This document shows, in pieces, positions 1 to 7,744 of a DNA stretch of 64,000 nt; the stretch's first letter is position 1; every line of letters begins with the position of its first letter. The position numbers and the translations under genes were made by a program. The notes beneath the pieces are model-generated. The model did not search any database. It saw nothing but the letters and a program-made list of their open reading frames with translations, and had not been told where the DNA came from. Source of the stretch: a virus; the IMG/VR virus record IMGVR_UViG_3300012352_000355, positions 32,001 through 96,000 of that record. One strand, given 5' to 3'.

Positions 1-688
1 AGAGATCAATATGCCTAAAGTAACTGTAGATGAAGGTAACTTAGTTAACGTACCAGTTAAAGTATTGACTAACGGAAAGAACTTAGGTGCACTACAATTA
101 GACTTGCGTTATGACACTGCTTACTTAGAGTTTAAGAAAGTAGAAAACACTGAGAAGATGATGAAGTGGACTTCTTACTTGAACCCTTCTAACGGAATCA
201 TCTCTTGGGGAGCTGCTGATTTGACTAACGAGAACATGCTTAATGACGGAGAGCAAGTATTCACTCTTCAATTCATTGCTAAGAAGCCACAAGACTCTTG
301 GGCTACTGCAGCTTTGTGGACAGGTGCTAAATACGTAGGAGACAAAAACTCTAAAGACATGAACATTACCCCTGCTATGGGAGTAATTGAAGTACGTAGA
401 ATCAACAAAGGAGTTGTTTCACTTAATGATTTGAATTCTATTATCACTTTTCCTAACCCTACAGAAGGTCCAGTACAAATCCAATTCAAGATCAAAGAAG
501 ATAGTGAAGTAGACGTAGCTATCTCTGATGAGGTAGGAAGACGTGTACAAACGATTCTAAGCGAAAGAATGCCTGCAGGTAAGTACAAGTATAATACAAA
601 CCTAGATCGTCTTCCTAATGGCTTCTATGTGCTTTCTGTAACAACTCAAAAAGAAATCTTACACTCCAAAATAATCGTACAAAAATGA
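1..688 (+). CDS. Cohesin-like domain protein with C-terminal T9SS (Por) sorting domain; probably 5'-truncated by the window edge
   Basis: Frame is open from the window start (GAG ATC AAT ATG11). VNVPVKV..NLGALQLDLRYDTAYLEF resembles a cohesin beta-sandwich. FPNPTEG..I.DEVGRRV..LPNGFYVLSV..SKIIVQK matches the type A T9SS CTD pattern. Confidence 0.8.
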   Translation, partial: EINMPKVTVDEGNLVNVPVKVLTNGKNLGALQLDLRYDTAYLEFKKVENTEKMMKWTSYLNPSNGIISWGAADLTNENMLNDGEQVFTLQFIAKKPQDSWATAALWTGAKYVGDKNSKDMNITPAMGVIEVRRINKGVVSLNDLNSIITFPNPTEGPVQIQFKIKEDSEVDVAISDEVGRRVQTILSERMPAGKYKYNTNLDRLPNGFYVLSVTTQKEILHSKIIVQK

Positions 689-1035
689 ACATTAAAAAAG
701 CACTTGGTTTTAGCCAAGCAGAACCAGTAGTAGTAGATCCTAAGAATAGGTTCTATTATATGCTACAACAAATGCAAGCCAATCGTTGGAAAATTACAGC
801 TATCGTATTGGGCTTGTTTACTCTAATCATTGTCGGAATCAACGCAGCAGTATTCATGGGAGCTGCTATTGGTGAAGACTGGAAAGAAATGTTGCTTATC
901 CTTTTAGGTGCATTTGTAGGTAATCTGAACAAAGTAGTAGACTACTGGTTTAACTCAGAAGATCGTGACAAGATGTTGATCCAAAAAGTGGATGAGGAAG
1001 ACGGTGAATCATTATCAAACACAACTAATCCATAA
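685..1035 (+). CDS. Small two-TM membrane protein
   Basis: Hydrophobic segments ITAIVLGLFTLIIVGINAAVFM and MLLILLGAFVGNL; ATGA overlap with upstream gene. Confidence 0.75.
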   Translation: MNIKKALGFSQAEPVVVDPKNRFYYMLQQMQANRWKITAIVLGLFTLIIVGINAAVFMGAAIGEDWKEMLLILLGAFVGNLNKVVDYWFNSEDRDKMLIQKVDEEDGESLSNTTNP

Positions 1036-1039
1036 TATC

Positions 1040-1360
1040 ATGTCAGAAGAACAAGAAGAAAGCGTAATGTCGGCTACTAAGAAAGCTATCATTGGCGCAG
1101 TCACCACTGCTGTAACTGCAGGAGGTGCATGGTTCGCTACTCACTTTGGTGGTGGCGAAGAACCTAAAGAAGAAGCTAAAACAGAACAGAGTGCTGCTCC
1201 TGTTATTAACTTGAATCTAGAGAACAACAACACTAACCAGCAGAAACAATCTTCAGGTGGAACTACTACTATCATCAAAGAAAGAACAGTAGAGAAACCT
1301 GCAGCTCAACCTGCTGCTCCTGCAACCAAACCACAAGAGGAGGAATCTGATCCATGGTAA
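1040..1360 (+). CDS. Small membrane-anchored protein with Asn/Gln/Pro-rich tail
   Basis: Likely start ATG1040 (MSEEQ...) after the upstream stop; hydrophobic AIIGAVTTAVTAGGAWF; low-complexity NNNTNQQKQ and PAAQPAAP. Confidence 0.7.
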   Translation: MSEEQEESVMSATKKAIIGAVTTAVTAGGAWFATHFGGGEEPKEEAKTEQSAAPVINLNLENNNTNQQKQSSGGTTTIIKERTVEKPAAQPAAPATKPQEEESDPW

Positions 1361-1950
1361 AAACCTGTAATATATGTTTTGTAGAAAAGACTTTAGATGA
1401 TTTTTATAAATCTAAGTCTGGTAGAGACGGTCTGGAGTCTTTTTGTAAATTATGCAAAAGAGAGAAGTCTAGGAAAACTTATTTAGACAACAGAGAATAT
1501 AGACTACTACAAAGCAAATCATATTACTACTCTAATCACGAAAAACAAAAGGAAGTAAAAAGTAATTGGAAGAAGAATAATCCAGACTTAAACCGAGCAA
1601 TTAATAATGCCTGGGAAAGAAATAAGAGGAAGGAAGATAAATTCTGGGCTTGTAAAAAGGCACTAAGAACAAGATTTCTAGGAGCTTTGTCTGGAAGGGT
1701 GAAATCCGACTCTACTCTAAAACTAGTGGGACTACCTTCTTGGGACACATTAAAATTCTATCTGGAAACTCTTTGGTCTGAAAATATGTGTTGGAGTAAC
1801 TATGGTTATGGCGAAGGATGTTGGGTAATAGATCATATTATCCCACTAGCCTCTGCTTCTAGTTTAGAGGAATTGGAAAAACTTCAACACTATACTAACT
1901 TACAGCCTTTGTGGTGGAGGGATAATTTAATAAAAGGAACAAGTATATGA
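1354..1950 (+). CDS. HNH / endonuclease VII-like homing endonuclease
   Basis: N-terminal CxxC...CxxC; C-terminal W.IDHIIPLAS...HYTNLQPLW..DN..KG beta-beta-alpha-Me motif. Confidence 0.85.
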   Translation: MVKTCNICFVEKTLDDFYKSKSGRDGLESFCKLCKREKSRKTYLDNREYRLLQSKSYYYSNHEKQKEVKSNWKKNNPDLNRAINNAWERNKRKEDKFWACKKALRTRFLGALSGRVKSDSTLKLVGLPSWDTLKFYLETLWSENMCWSNYGYGEGCWVIDHIIPLASASSLEELEKLQHYTNLQPLWWRDNLIKGTSI

Positions 1951-2651
1951 AGACAGTAAAAAAATGGTTTAACAAGTTCATGGCTCTTGTAGTCTTGACC
2001 TTGGCAGGTTGTGGTTCTATGAAGACTACTACCGAAGAAGATAAAGTGGAGGTGAAAGACATCTCCACTGTATCTAATTATAGTGATTCTATTAAAAAAA
2101 CAGTACAAGTGGTAAGCGTAGATATGACCAAGGTACTTGCTCTTTATCCTGCTCTTCAGGAAAAGAACGTAGGTCTTGGATTTGCAGAATCTGTTTTGGA
2201 TTATTTGGATGAAACAAACAGATTTATATTTACGGAAGAAAAATCAGAGATCAAAGAAAGAATGGTCACTCAATTCAAAGCATCAAAGAAAGGCGTATTC
2301 GATGAACCAATTGATGGGAAAGGTAAGATTAAGCCTGCTCACTACTTTGTGTATGTTACTGTGGCTGATTTTGCTGTTGATGAAGACGAGCAAGTTGATG
2401 GCCTTAAGTCAAAAGTTGTTGTCACTACCTTCATACGTTTACAAGTTCGCTTTGTGGACGCTAAGACAGGTCAGATCTATATTGGATCTGGCGAAGGAGA
2501 GTCGACTAAGACTGGTGAATCATTCTTAAAATCTTTAGATGATATGAAGTTCTCTCAAAGCACAGTAGGTAAAGCTACACGTAAATCTTTGGAGACAGCT
2601 TGTACTAATGTGATTCAAAATCTCATTAAGTCAGGTGTATTTAAAAACTAA
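1947..2651 (+). CDS. CsgG/HfaB-like outer-membrane lipoprotein
   Basis: Lipobox LAGC. LGFAESVLDYLDETNRF.F.E, V.V.DF, and IRLQVRFVDAKTGQIYIGSGEG resemble the CsgG family. Confidence 0.75.
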   Translation: MKTVKKWFNKFMALVVLTLAGCGSMKTTTEEDKVEVKDISTVSNYSDSIKKTVQVVSVDMTKVLALYPALQEKNVGLGFAESVLDYLDETNRFIFTEEKSEIKERMVTQFKASKKGVFDEPIDGKGKIKPAHYFVYVTVADFAVDEDEQVDGLKSKVVVTTFIRLQVRFVDAKTGQIYIGSGEGESTKTGESFLKSLDDMKFSQSTVGKATRKSLETACTNVIQNLIKSGVFKN

Positions 2652-4119
2652 AATACTAATACTATTTATGATAGCTCTGTCTCTTCGGGGGCAGAGCTTT
2701 ATTTATTCGTACACAGATCCTTGTACTCAGGAGTTAAAGTTTATTAACGCAGACATGTCTAGTCCTATAGTAATTGCTTACTATGGACAGGTTAAGACTT
2801 TCTCCTACACAGAGTTACAAGATGGTACGTTTGATAATTGGATAAATAGTGTATATTTGAAGTATCAAAGTACATCACCCTGTCAAGGAGTTGGAGTAAC
2901 AACTACTACAACTACAACAACGAATACTACCCTAAACATTGTAAGCAATGTTATGAACCTAGGGGCTATTTCAAATGTTGGTAGTGTAAATGTAGATGTA
3001 GGCTCTAGCACCTCTTCAGGAACAAACATAGGAACAACAAAAACCAATAATAACAATGACAATCGAACTAGCTCTCGGAATCGTACTAGCAGTAGCTCTA
3101 GTCGTTCTGGTTCTTCTGGCAGCTCGTCAGGAGAAGGTGGACAATCAAGTGGTGGAGGAAACTCCTCAGAGACCCCAGGAACCTCAAGTGGAAACTCTCC
3201 AGACCCCAATCCAGGAAGCAGCGGAGAAGGTAATGGAGGAAGCAGTGGCTCCAGCTCCAGTTCCAGCTCCAGTAGTAGTGGAGGAAACTCCAGTGGTAGT
3301 GGAAGTAGTGGAAGTAGTAGCGGAAGCTCCCAAGGTGGAGGCGGAAGTGGTGGTAAAACCGAAGAAAAAACGGAAGTACAAACCGAGGAACCCACAGAAC
3401 AAAAAGTAGAGGAAACTAAAACTGAGACTCAAAAATCTCAGTCTTCTGGTACTGCAAAAGCTGCAGGAAAAGCTAAAGCCGAAGTTGCTAAGCCTGCGAT
3501 CTTAGTAACTGGTGATTTAGTTGGTATTCAGACTAAGTCTGATGGAGCACAAGATGCAAGAGGTACTGCCTCTTTTACTAGAGTAAAGGGAGACGGTACT
3601 TCTTCTCTTGGGTTTTCAGCCGACTACATGGTTAACGCTAGGATAGGAAATATCTCTTGCGTACGCTCTTGGATAGGAGCAAACAAAAAAGGAAACAAAC
3701 ACATTAGTGTTGTATCTGATGGACTTAGCATAATGCCTAAGTCAATGTCAAACACTCTTCTATTTGTAAGAGTTAATTCAGTTAAAAACTTTACAGCTCT
3801 CTACGGAGCAGCGGGAACTTACGGTAAACTATTTGGAGAAGAAATGATTTCTACTATTGCTATCGGAGGTTTTATGTACAAAGGTAAACTTACTAAAAGT
3901 ATAGATGCTACAATTATTGCAGCTGGTATCTACTCTCCGTACTCTAAGTATTACACAGAATCTATATTTGAGGCTAAGCCTATTGTGATTCCTTTCTTTA
4001 ACTTTACATACAGAATGACCAAGACTTTTGGCTTAGGTATTACTGGAGGAGGAACATATGTAGCAGGACAGGATATATTAAACTTTCAACTATTGATGGG
4101 AGCTAAGTTATTAATATGA
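2635..4119 (+). CDS. Exported protein: N-terminal domain, Ser/Gly-rich linker, C-terminal predicted beta-barrel
   Basis: Signal peptide ending LRG-Q; about 120-aa S/G linker; alternating amphipathic strands in the last ~200 aa (PFFNFTYRM, FGLGITGGG, FQLLMGAKLLI). Confidence 0.7.
   Translation: MYLKTKILILFMIALSLRGQSFIYSYTDPCTQELKFINADMSSPIVIAYYGQVKTFSYTELQDGTFDNWINSVYLKYQSTSPCQGVGVTTTTTTTTNTTLNIVSNVMNLGAISNVGSVNVDVGSSTSSGTNIGTTKTNNNNDNRTSSRNRTSSSSSRSGSSGSSSGEGGQSSGGGNSSETPGTSSGNSPDPNPGSSGEGNGGSSGSSSSSSSSSSGGNSSGSGSSGSSSGSSQGGGGSGGKTEEKTEVQTEEPTEQKVEETKTETQKSQSSGTAKAAGKAKAEVAKPAILVTGDLVGIQTKSDGAQDARGTASFTRVKGDGTSSLGFSADYMVNARIGNISCVRSWIGANKKGNKHISVVSDGLSIMPKSMSNTLLFVRVNSVKNFTALYGAAGTYGKLFGEEMISTIAIGGFMYKGKLTKSIDATIIAAGIYSPYSKYYTESIFEAKPIVIPFFNFTYRMTKTFGLGITGGGTYVAGQDILNFQLLMGAKLLI
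3056..3409 (+). CDS. Candidate nested (overprinted) single-pass membrane protein in the +1 frame
   Basis: A-rich leader AAAACCAATAATAACA-ATG; about 20-aa uninterrupted hydrophobic N-terminus; E/P/V-rich stalk; basic tail KPKKKRKYKPR; boundaries coincide with the host-frame low-complexity region. Confidence 0.5.
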   Translation: MTIELALGIVLAVALVVLVLLAARQEKVDNQVVEETPQRPQEPQVETLQTPIQEAAEKVMEEAVAPAPVPAPVVVEETPVVVEVVEVVAEAPKVEAEVVVKPKKKRKYKPRNPQNKK

Positions 4120-5099
4120 GGTGGGTTATTGTTCTATTCTTCTTTGTGAACGCACTGAGTGCACAATTCACTTATTCTGGGTACTTGTATAATGCAAATG
4201 GATCTGGGGCCAACAACGTAGCTGTAAAGCTGTATAGAAGAACAAACTCTACTATATCAGGATTCACCTCTCAAAACAACTATAATGGACACTCTTACTA
4301 TCGTTCTACAGGAACAGCCAACTGGACTACAGCTAAGTCTAACTGTGCTGCTATGGGTGGGCACTTAGTAACTGTTACTAGTTCAGGAGAAAATAATTTT
4401 CTATTTAACTTGTGGCCCTCAGGATGGATAGGATTGACAGATGAAGTTACTGAGGGAACTTGGAAATGGGTTACAGGAGAGACTTACTCTTACTCAAACT
4501 GGAACTCTGGAGAACCCAATAACTCAGGTAACGAAGATTATATTCAGTTTGTAGGTAGTGGTAAATGGAACGACTTAAATAATAATAATAGCTTGGCTTA
4601 CGTAATTGAGTTTGATTACATAGTAACAACCTCTTCCTGGGCCCTTTACAAAACAATCTATACTAACTCTTCGGGTTACTATTCTATCTCTGAGACTTAC
4701 GATCCTTCTAAGGAGTACTATATACAGATAGATGCTCCTACTAGAATTCAATCCTACACTACTTCAGATATACAAGGAGTCTCCAATACTATACTAGGAA
4801 GAACTACCAGGAATGGTTTGTCTTTTCATATGTTTGATGTTAATGACGATGGAGTAATTTCTATAGCAGATAAGTATTATGTAGCTGCGAGGAAAGCTGG
4901 CTTATTCTCTAGATGGAGAACAGCTCCTGATGTAAGGATCTTTACTACTGCTCAATACAATTCAATTAAAGCAGCAACAACAAACGTAAGAGCAACTTAT
5001 CCTGGAGTCACTACTCATACAACTTCTACTTTAACTAGTGGAGGAACTTTAAATCTCTACATAATAGCTCCTGGTTATGCTGGAGCAGTAACTTACTAA
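4116..5099 (+). CDS. Exported C-type lectin domain protein with dockerin/EF-hand-like motif
   Basis: Signal peptide LSA-Q; CTLD motifs NGHSYY, GGHLVTV, WIGLTD, EPNN, WND; later FDVNDDGVISIAD Ca-binding loop. Confidence 0.85.
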   Translation: MRWVIVLFFFVNALSAQFTYSGYLYNANGSGANNVAVKLYRRTNSTISGFTSQNNYNGHSYYRSTGTANWTTAKSNCAAMGGHLVTVTSSGENNFLFNLWPSGWIGLTDEVTEGTWKWVTGETYSYSNWNSGEPNNSGNEDYIQFVGSGKWNDLNNNNSLAYVIEFDYIVTTSSWALYKTIYTNSSGYYSISETYDPSKEYYIQIDAPTRIQSYTTSDIQGVSNTILGRTTRNGLSFHMFDVNDDGVISIADKYYVAARKAGLFSRWRTAPDVRIFTTAQYNSIKAATTNVRATYPGVTTHTTSTLTSGGTLNLYIIAPGYAGAVTY

Positions 5100-5108
5100 A
5101 CCTATAGG

Positions 5109-5139
5109 TTGCCAAAACTGTTTTATTTTTATACTTTTG
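5109..5139 (+). promoter_or_regulatory. Bacteroidota primary-sigma promoter (TTG-N20-TACTTTTG)
   Basis: Matches the TTG / TAnnTTTG (-33/-7) consensus 25 nt upstream of ATG5164. Confidence 0.65.
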
Positions 5140-5163
5140 GCAGAATATAAATTATCCTAAAAC

Positions 5164-5610
5164 ATGAAAAAACTATTTATACTTTCCGCTTTAGTCACTA
5201 TGATGACTTCTCTGAGTGCTCAATGCTATAAAGTTGACACTGTAACATCAATTGCTTCTGTAACAGAAATAGGAGGAAGACCTATAATCTTTGGAGCACA
5301 AACAACTCTAGAAGAGATTGCCTCCTCAAAGTACCAATTATGTAATGAGGGCAGTCCTATTTCAGGAACAATCAAATCCATTGCTATGCCTGAAGAACTC
5401 TTAAATATCGTAGGGTTACAGTTTCTCAAGAGAGACTATATTGTAGTCACTGAGATAAACTTAAATGGAGTAACTGTTCTTGGAGAGGCTAAAAAGACTG
5501 TCTATGTTAATGCTATGTTTGTTTCTGTAGAAGGTATTCCTCATAACAGAAAAGCTTATTCTAAGGCATTGGAGAAGTCTTTCAAGAATGGGTTTGAGAA
5601 TTTGAAATAG
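5164..5610 (+). CDS. Exported protein, possibly a distant CsgG/TolB-N-like fold
   Basis: Signal peptide LSA-Q; C-terminal helix RKAYSKALEKSF parallels STVGKATRKSLE of the CsgG-like gene. Confidence 0.65.
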   Translation: MKKLFILSALVTMMTSLSAQCYKVDTVTSIASVTEIGGRPIIFGAQTTLEEIASSKYQLCNEGSPISGTIKSIAMPEELLNIVGLQFLKRDYIVVTEINLNGVTVLGEAKKTVYVNAMFVSVEGIPHNRKAYSKALEKSFKNGFENLK

Positions 5611-5619
5611 TTTTCTTTC

Positions 5620-5905
5620 CTTCTCATTCTGAGAAGTAGTCTATTTTGACTTTCTATTCTAACTTATATTGCAGCAGTTTTTAACCAAATAGCTCTCGGA
5701 GCTAAGTCTCTGTTCTGTCCACTTATTGCCTACGGTCTATTACTTGTAGGTCAGAGCACTGCAAACTTCATTAGAACATTTTGACACTATCGGAGAAACC
5801 TCTTTTCACCTCTGAGGGCTACTCATACTATCCAACTTCTAGCAGATTACTTTTTAATCCTCGTCTGCGAACATTAAGAAATGGTGTCGGGGGATCAAAG
5901 ATAAA
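5620..5905. ncRNA. Candidate structured non-coding RNA
   Basis: About 350-nt stretch without an ORF of 60 aa or more, with several nested inverted repeats; minus-strand TATCTTTG -7 element at 5903-5896. Confidence 0.3.
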
Positions 5906-5964
5906 GCGACTTACGTGTAAGTAGATGTCTCTGTGGAAAATTTGTGAAATAAAAGACAGCTAGA

Positions 5965-6237
5965 CTAGAGTCCAGCTACATCCTGAGCATGCATGTAGTC
6001 TGTCTGCTGCATAGGTTGATCATCTCCTAGAATAGATTCTAGAGCATAGTCAATATAATCGAAGAGCATTTCTTCTGTGTACTTCTTTCTATAGGTAAAA
6101 TCTTTGAATCCTTGATAAAGGGCATCCTTGAATCCACCTATGTCTCCTGCTATTTTGACCTCTTCATCCTGTAAGGCTAAAAGGAAGAACTCGAATACTT
6201 CTTCTGAGGTCGGCTTTTTAACTTTTTCCATCGACAT
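5965..6237 (-). CDS. Hypothetical acidic protein
   Basis: ORF track 5965-6258; likely start ATG6237, downstream of a minus-strand TATATTTG at 6263-6256. Confidence 0.7.
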   Translation of the reverse strand: MSMEKVKKPTSEEVFEFFLLALQDEEVKIAGDIGGFKDALYQGFKDFTYRKKYTEEMLFDYIDYALESILGDDQPMQQTDYMHAQDVAGL

Positions 6238-6255
6238 AGCAGTAATTGTTTGATA

Positions 6256-6263
6256 CAAATATA
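6256..6263 (-). promoter_or_regulatory. -7 promoter element TATATTTG (leftward)
   Basis: CAAATATA on the + strand, 19 nt upstream of ATG6237. Confidence 0.55.
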
Positions 6264-6394
6264 GGTTTAAATAAAGTTTTGTCTATAGTGTTTATCTAAT
6301 TCCCTGAGACATCTAAAATAATTATCTAGGTTACAAATTGAGTTAACACGTGTAACATTTGATATTAATTACTGGTTTAGACTTAACATTTAAC

Positions 6395-6424
6395 TTGACT
6401 TTTTTTGTTACAATCGTATATTTG
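6395..6424 (+). promoter_or_regulatory. Bacteroidota promoter (TTG-N19-TATATTTG) heading the packaging operon
   Basis: Consensus match; implies the true start of the next gene is ATG6449. Confidence 0.75.
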
Positions 6425-6448
6425 TTTAGCAAAAAACAAACCAAACCA

Positions 6449-6805
6449 ATGAAAGTAGCACGTAGATATGAAGAAGGAGTTAAGTTACATCAAGCATATA
6501 TTGATGTATTGCTTAGACTTGCAGGGTATAGATTATCAGATCTATACACTAGTATATTAGCCCATAGTTCCTACTACGGCACTTTAGACAAAGAAGTAAA
6601 AGAAAGAATCGCTGGTGAGTTTAACACATCAATTCAGGTAATCTCTAATGGAATTACCAGATTAAGAAAGATGGGCATCTTAGAAAAAAACATAGTCAAC
6701 CCAAGACTGTGTCCTACTAGCAAGCAAGGTGTTACACTCACATTGGTTCTTTCAACAGGCAACGGAGTAACTGAGAATAAGGCAGAGAGCGCAATAGCAG
6801 TATGA
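6449..6805 (+). CDS. Winged-helix/HTH DNA-binding protein
   Basis: KERIAGEFNTSIQVISNGITRLRKMGIL HTH-like segment; AAACCAAACCA leader before the ATG. Confidence 0.65.
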   Translation: MKVARRYEEGVKLHQAYIDVLLRLAGYRLSDLYTSILAHSSYYGTLDKEVKERIAGEFNTSIQVISNGITRLRKMGILEKNIVNPRLCPTSKQGVTLTLVLSTGNGVTENKAESAIAV

Positions 6806-7344
6806 GGAAAGTAAAAGATAGGTATGAAGGTATTGAAATAAAAACTTATGCAGCTTACTCAGAAGTTGCTAAGGAAACTGGAATGACTATCGACCAAGTA
6901 AGCACTATCTACGAATGGTACTTAAAGAAGACCATAGACGAGATAAGAGATCTTCCTACTGTGAAAGTAAGAATGTCTGGCTTAGGAGTACTTGTATTTA
7001 ATCCTAACAAAGCAATCAAGATCATTGCTACTAAGATTAAGTCTGAGTATTTGATTACCCAGGAATCCAGAGAAGACTGTACAGCACTTAGAGGATATAA
7101 CAATTATTATATGCTCAAAGACTGGCTTAGGATTTTTGAAGAAAGGTACGAAAGAGGAAAGAGCAAGAAACTATACACAGACGTAGTAGTAGATTACATG
7201 GACAGAGAATTACTAAGACAAAAACAAAACCACAAAAATTTATATGAATCCTTACAAAGAGTACATGGCCCTGAGCCTGAAGGGTCTGAAGAATTTGAAC
7301 AAAGTCTTGGAGGGGGTAGCAACAAAGACAGCGAATCAATTTAA
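6802..7344 (+). CDS. HU/IHF-like DNA-binding protein
   Basis: EVAKETGMTIDQVSTIYEW...VKVRMSGLGVL resembles the HU N-terminal helices plus the V.l.gfG.F strand. Confidence 0.55.
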   Translation: MRKVKDRYEGIEIKTYAAYSEVAKETGMTIDQVSTIYEWYLKKTIDEIRDLPTVKVRMSGLGVLVFNPNKAIKIIATKIKSEYLITQESREDCTALRGYNNYYMLKDWLRIFEERYERGKSKKLYTDVVVDYMDRELLRQKQNHKNLYESLQRVHGPEPEGSEEFEQSLGGGSNKDSESI

Positions 7345-7627
7345 ACTATTGAGTAATGAAAAACAGAACGTTATCGCAGAGAGAATGGATATTTGTATCA
7401 AGTGTCCCTACAATTCAACAAACGCAGTCACTTCCCCTGAGTACCTACAACTTACGGGCGAACACTACAGCACCACAAGGACAGAACTACACTGTTCGTT
7501 TTGTGGTTGCATCTGCACCTACAAAACAGCATCCCTATCTTCAGATTGTGGAATAGAAACTTGGAATAACTCCAACCCTAACAACCCAGAAAAACACTTA
7601 GAATTATTATGGAAAAGAACAGAGTAA
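7244..7627 (+). CDS. Cys-rich putative zinc-binding protein (DUF6171-like)
   Basis: ERMDICIKCP...CSFCGCICTYKT....SDC...W pattern. Confidence 0.65.
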   Translation: MNPYKEYMALSLKGLKNLNKVLEGVATKTANQFKLLSNEKQNVIAERMDICIKCPYNSTNAVTSPEYLQLTGEHYSTTRTELHCSFCGCICTYKTASLSSDCGIETWNNSNPNNPEKHLELLWKRTE

Positions 7628-7740
7628 AAAAGACCACAATCAAGAATGGTTGTGACAAAAAGCCAGGAAGCAAGTGTGGAGTACAAATTTACTTCTTGCC
7701 TGCTGACAAACCTCTAACACAGGTTTCTTCTAAAAAATAA
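7609..7740 (+). CDS. Small hypothetical protein (43 aa, not in the ORF track)
   Basis: ATG7609 to TAA7740, MEKNRVKKTTIKNGCDKKPGSKCGVQIYFLPADKPLTQVSSKK; fills the gap in a tightly packed operon. Confidence 0.5.
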   Translation: MEKNRVKKTTIKNGCDKKPGSKCGVQIYFLPADKPLTQVSSKK

Positions 7741-7744
7741 GATT

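Noticed and set aside
2176-2529. 117-aa +1-frame ORF inside the CsgG-like gene
   Set aside because: Leu/Met/Lys-rich composition typical of a frame shadow, TTG start, no leader
2883-3432. Antisense ORFs over the Ser/Gly linker
   Set aside because: Pro/Leu or Thr/Ser runs are the expected reverse reading of a low-complexity tract; no promoter or leader
5646-5672. Rightward promoter TTGACTT...TATATTGC
   Set aside because: Spacer of only 16 nt and imperfect -7 element compared with the 19-20 nt spacers at the other sites
6359-6448. N-terminal extension of the HTH ORF from TTG6359
   Set aside because: This stretch contains the promoter itself; ATG6449 with an A-rich leader is the more likely start
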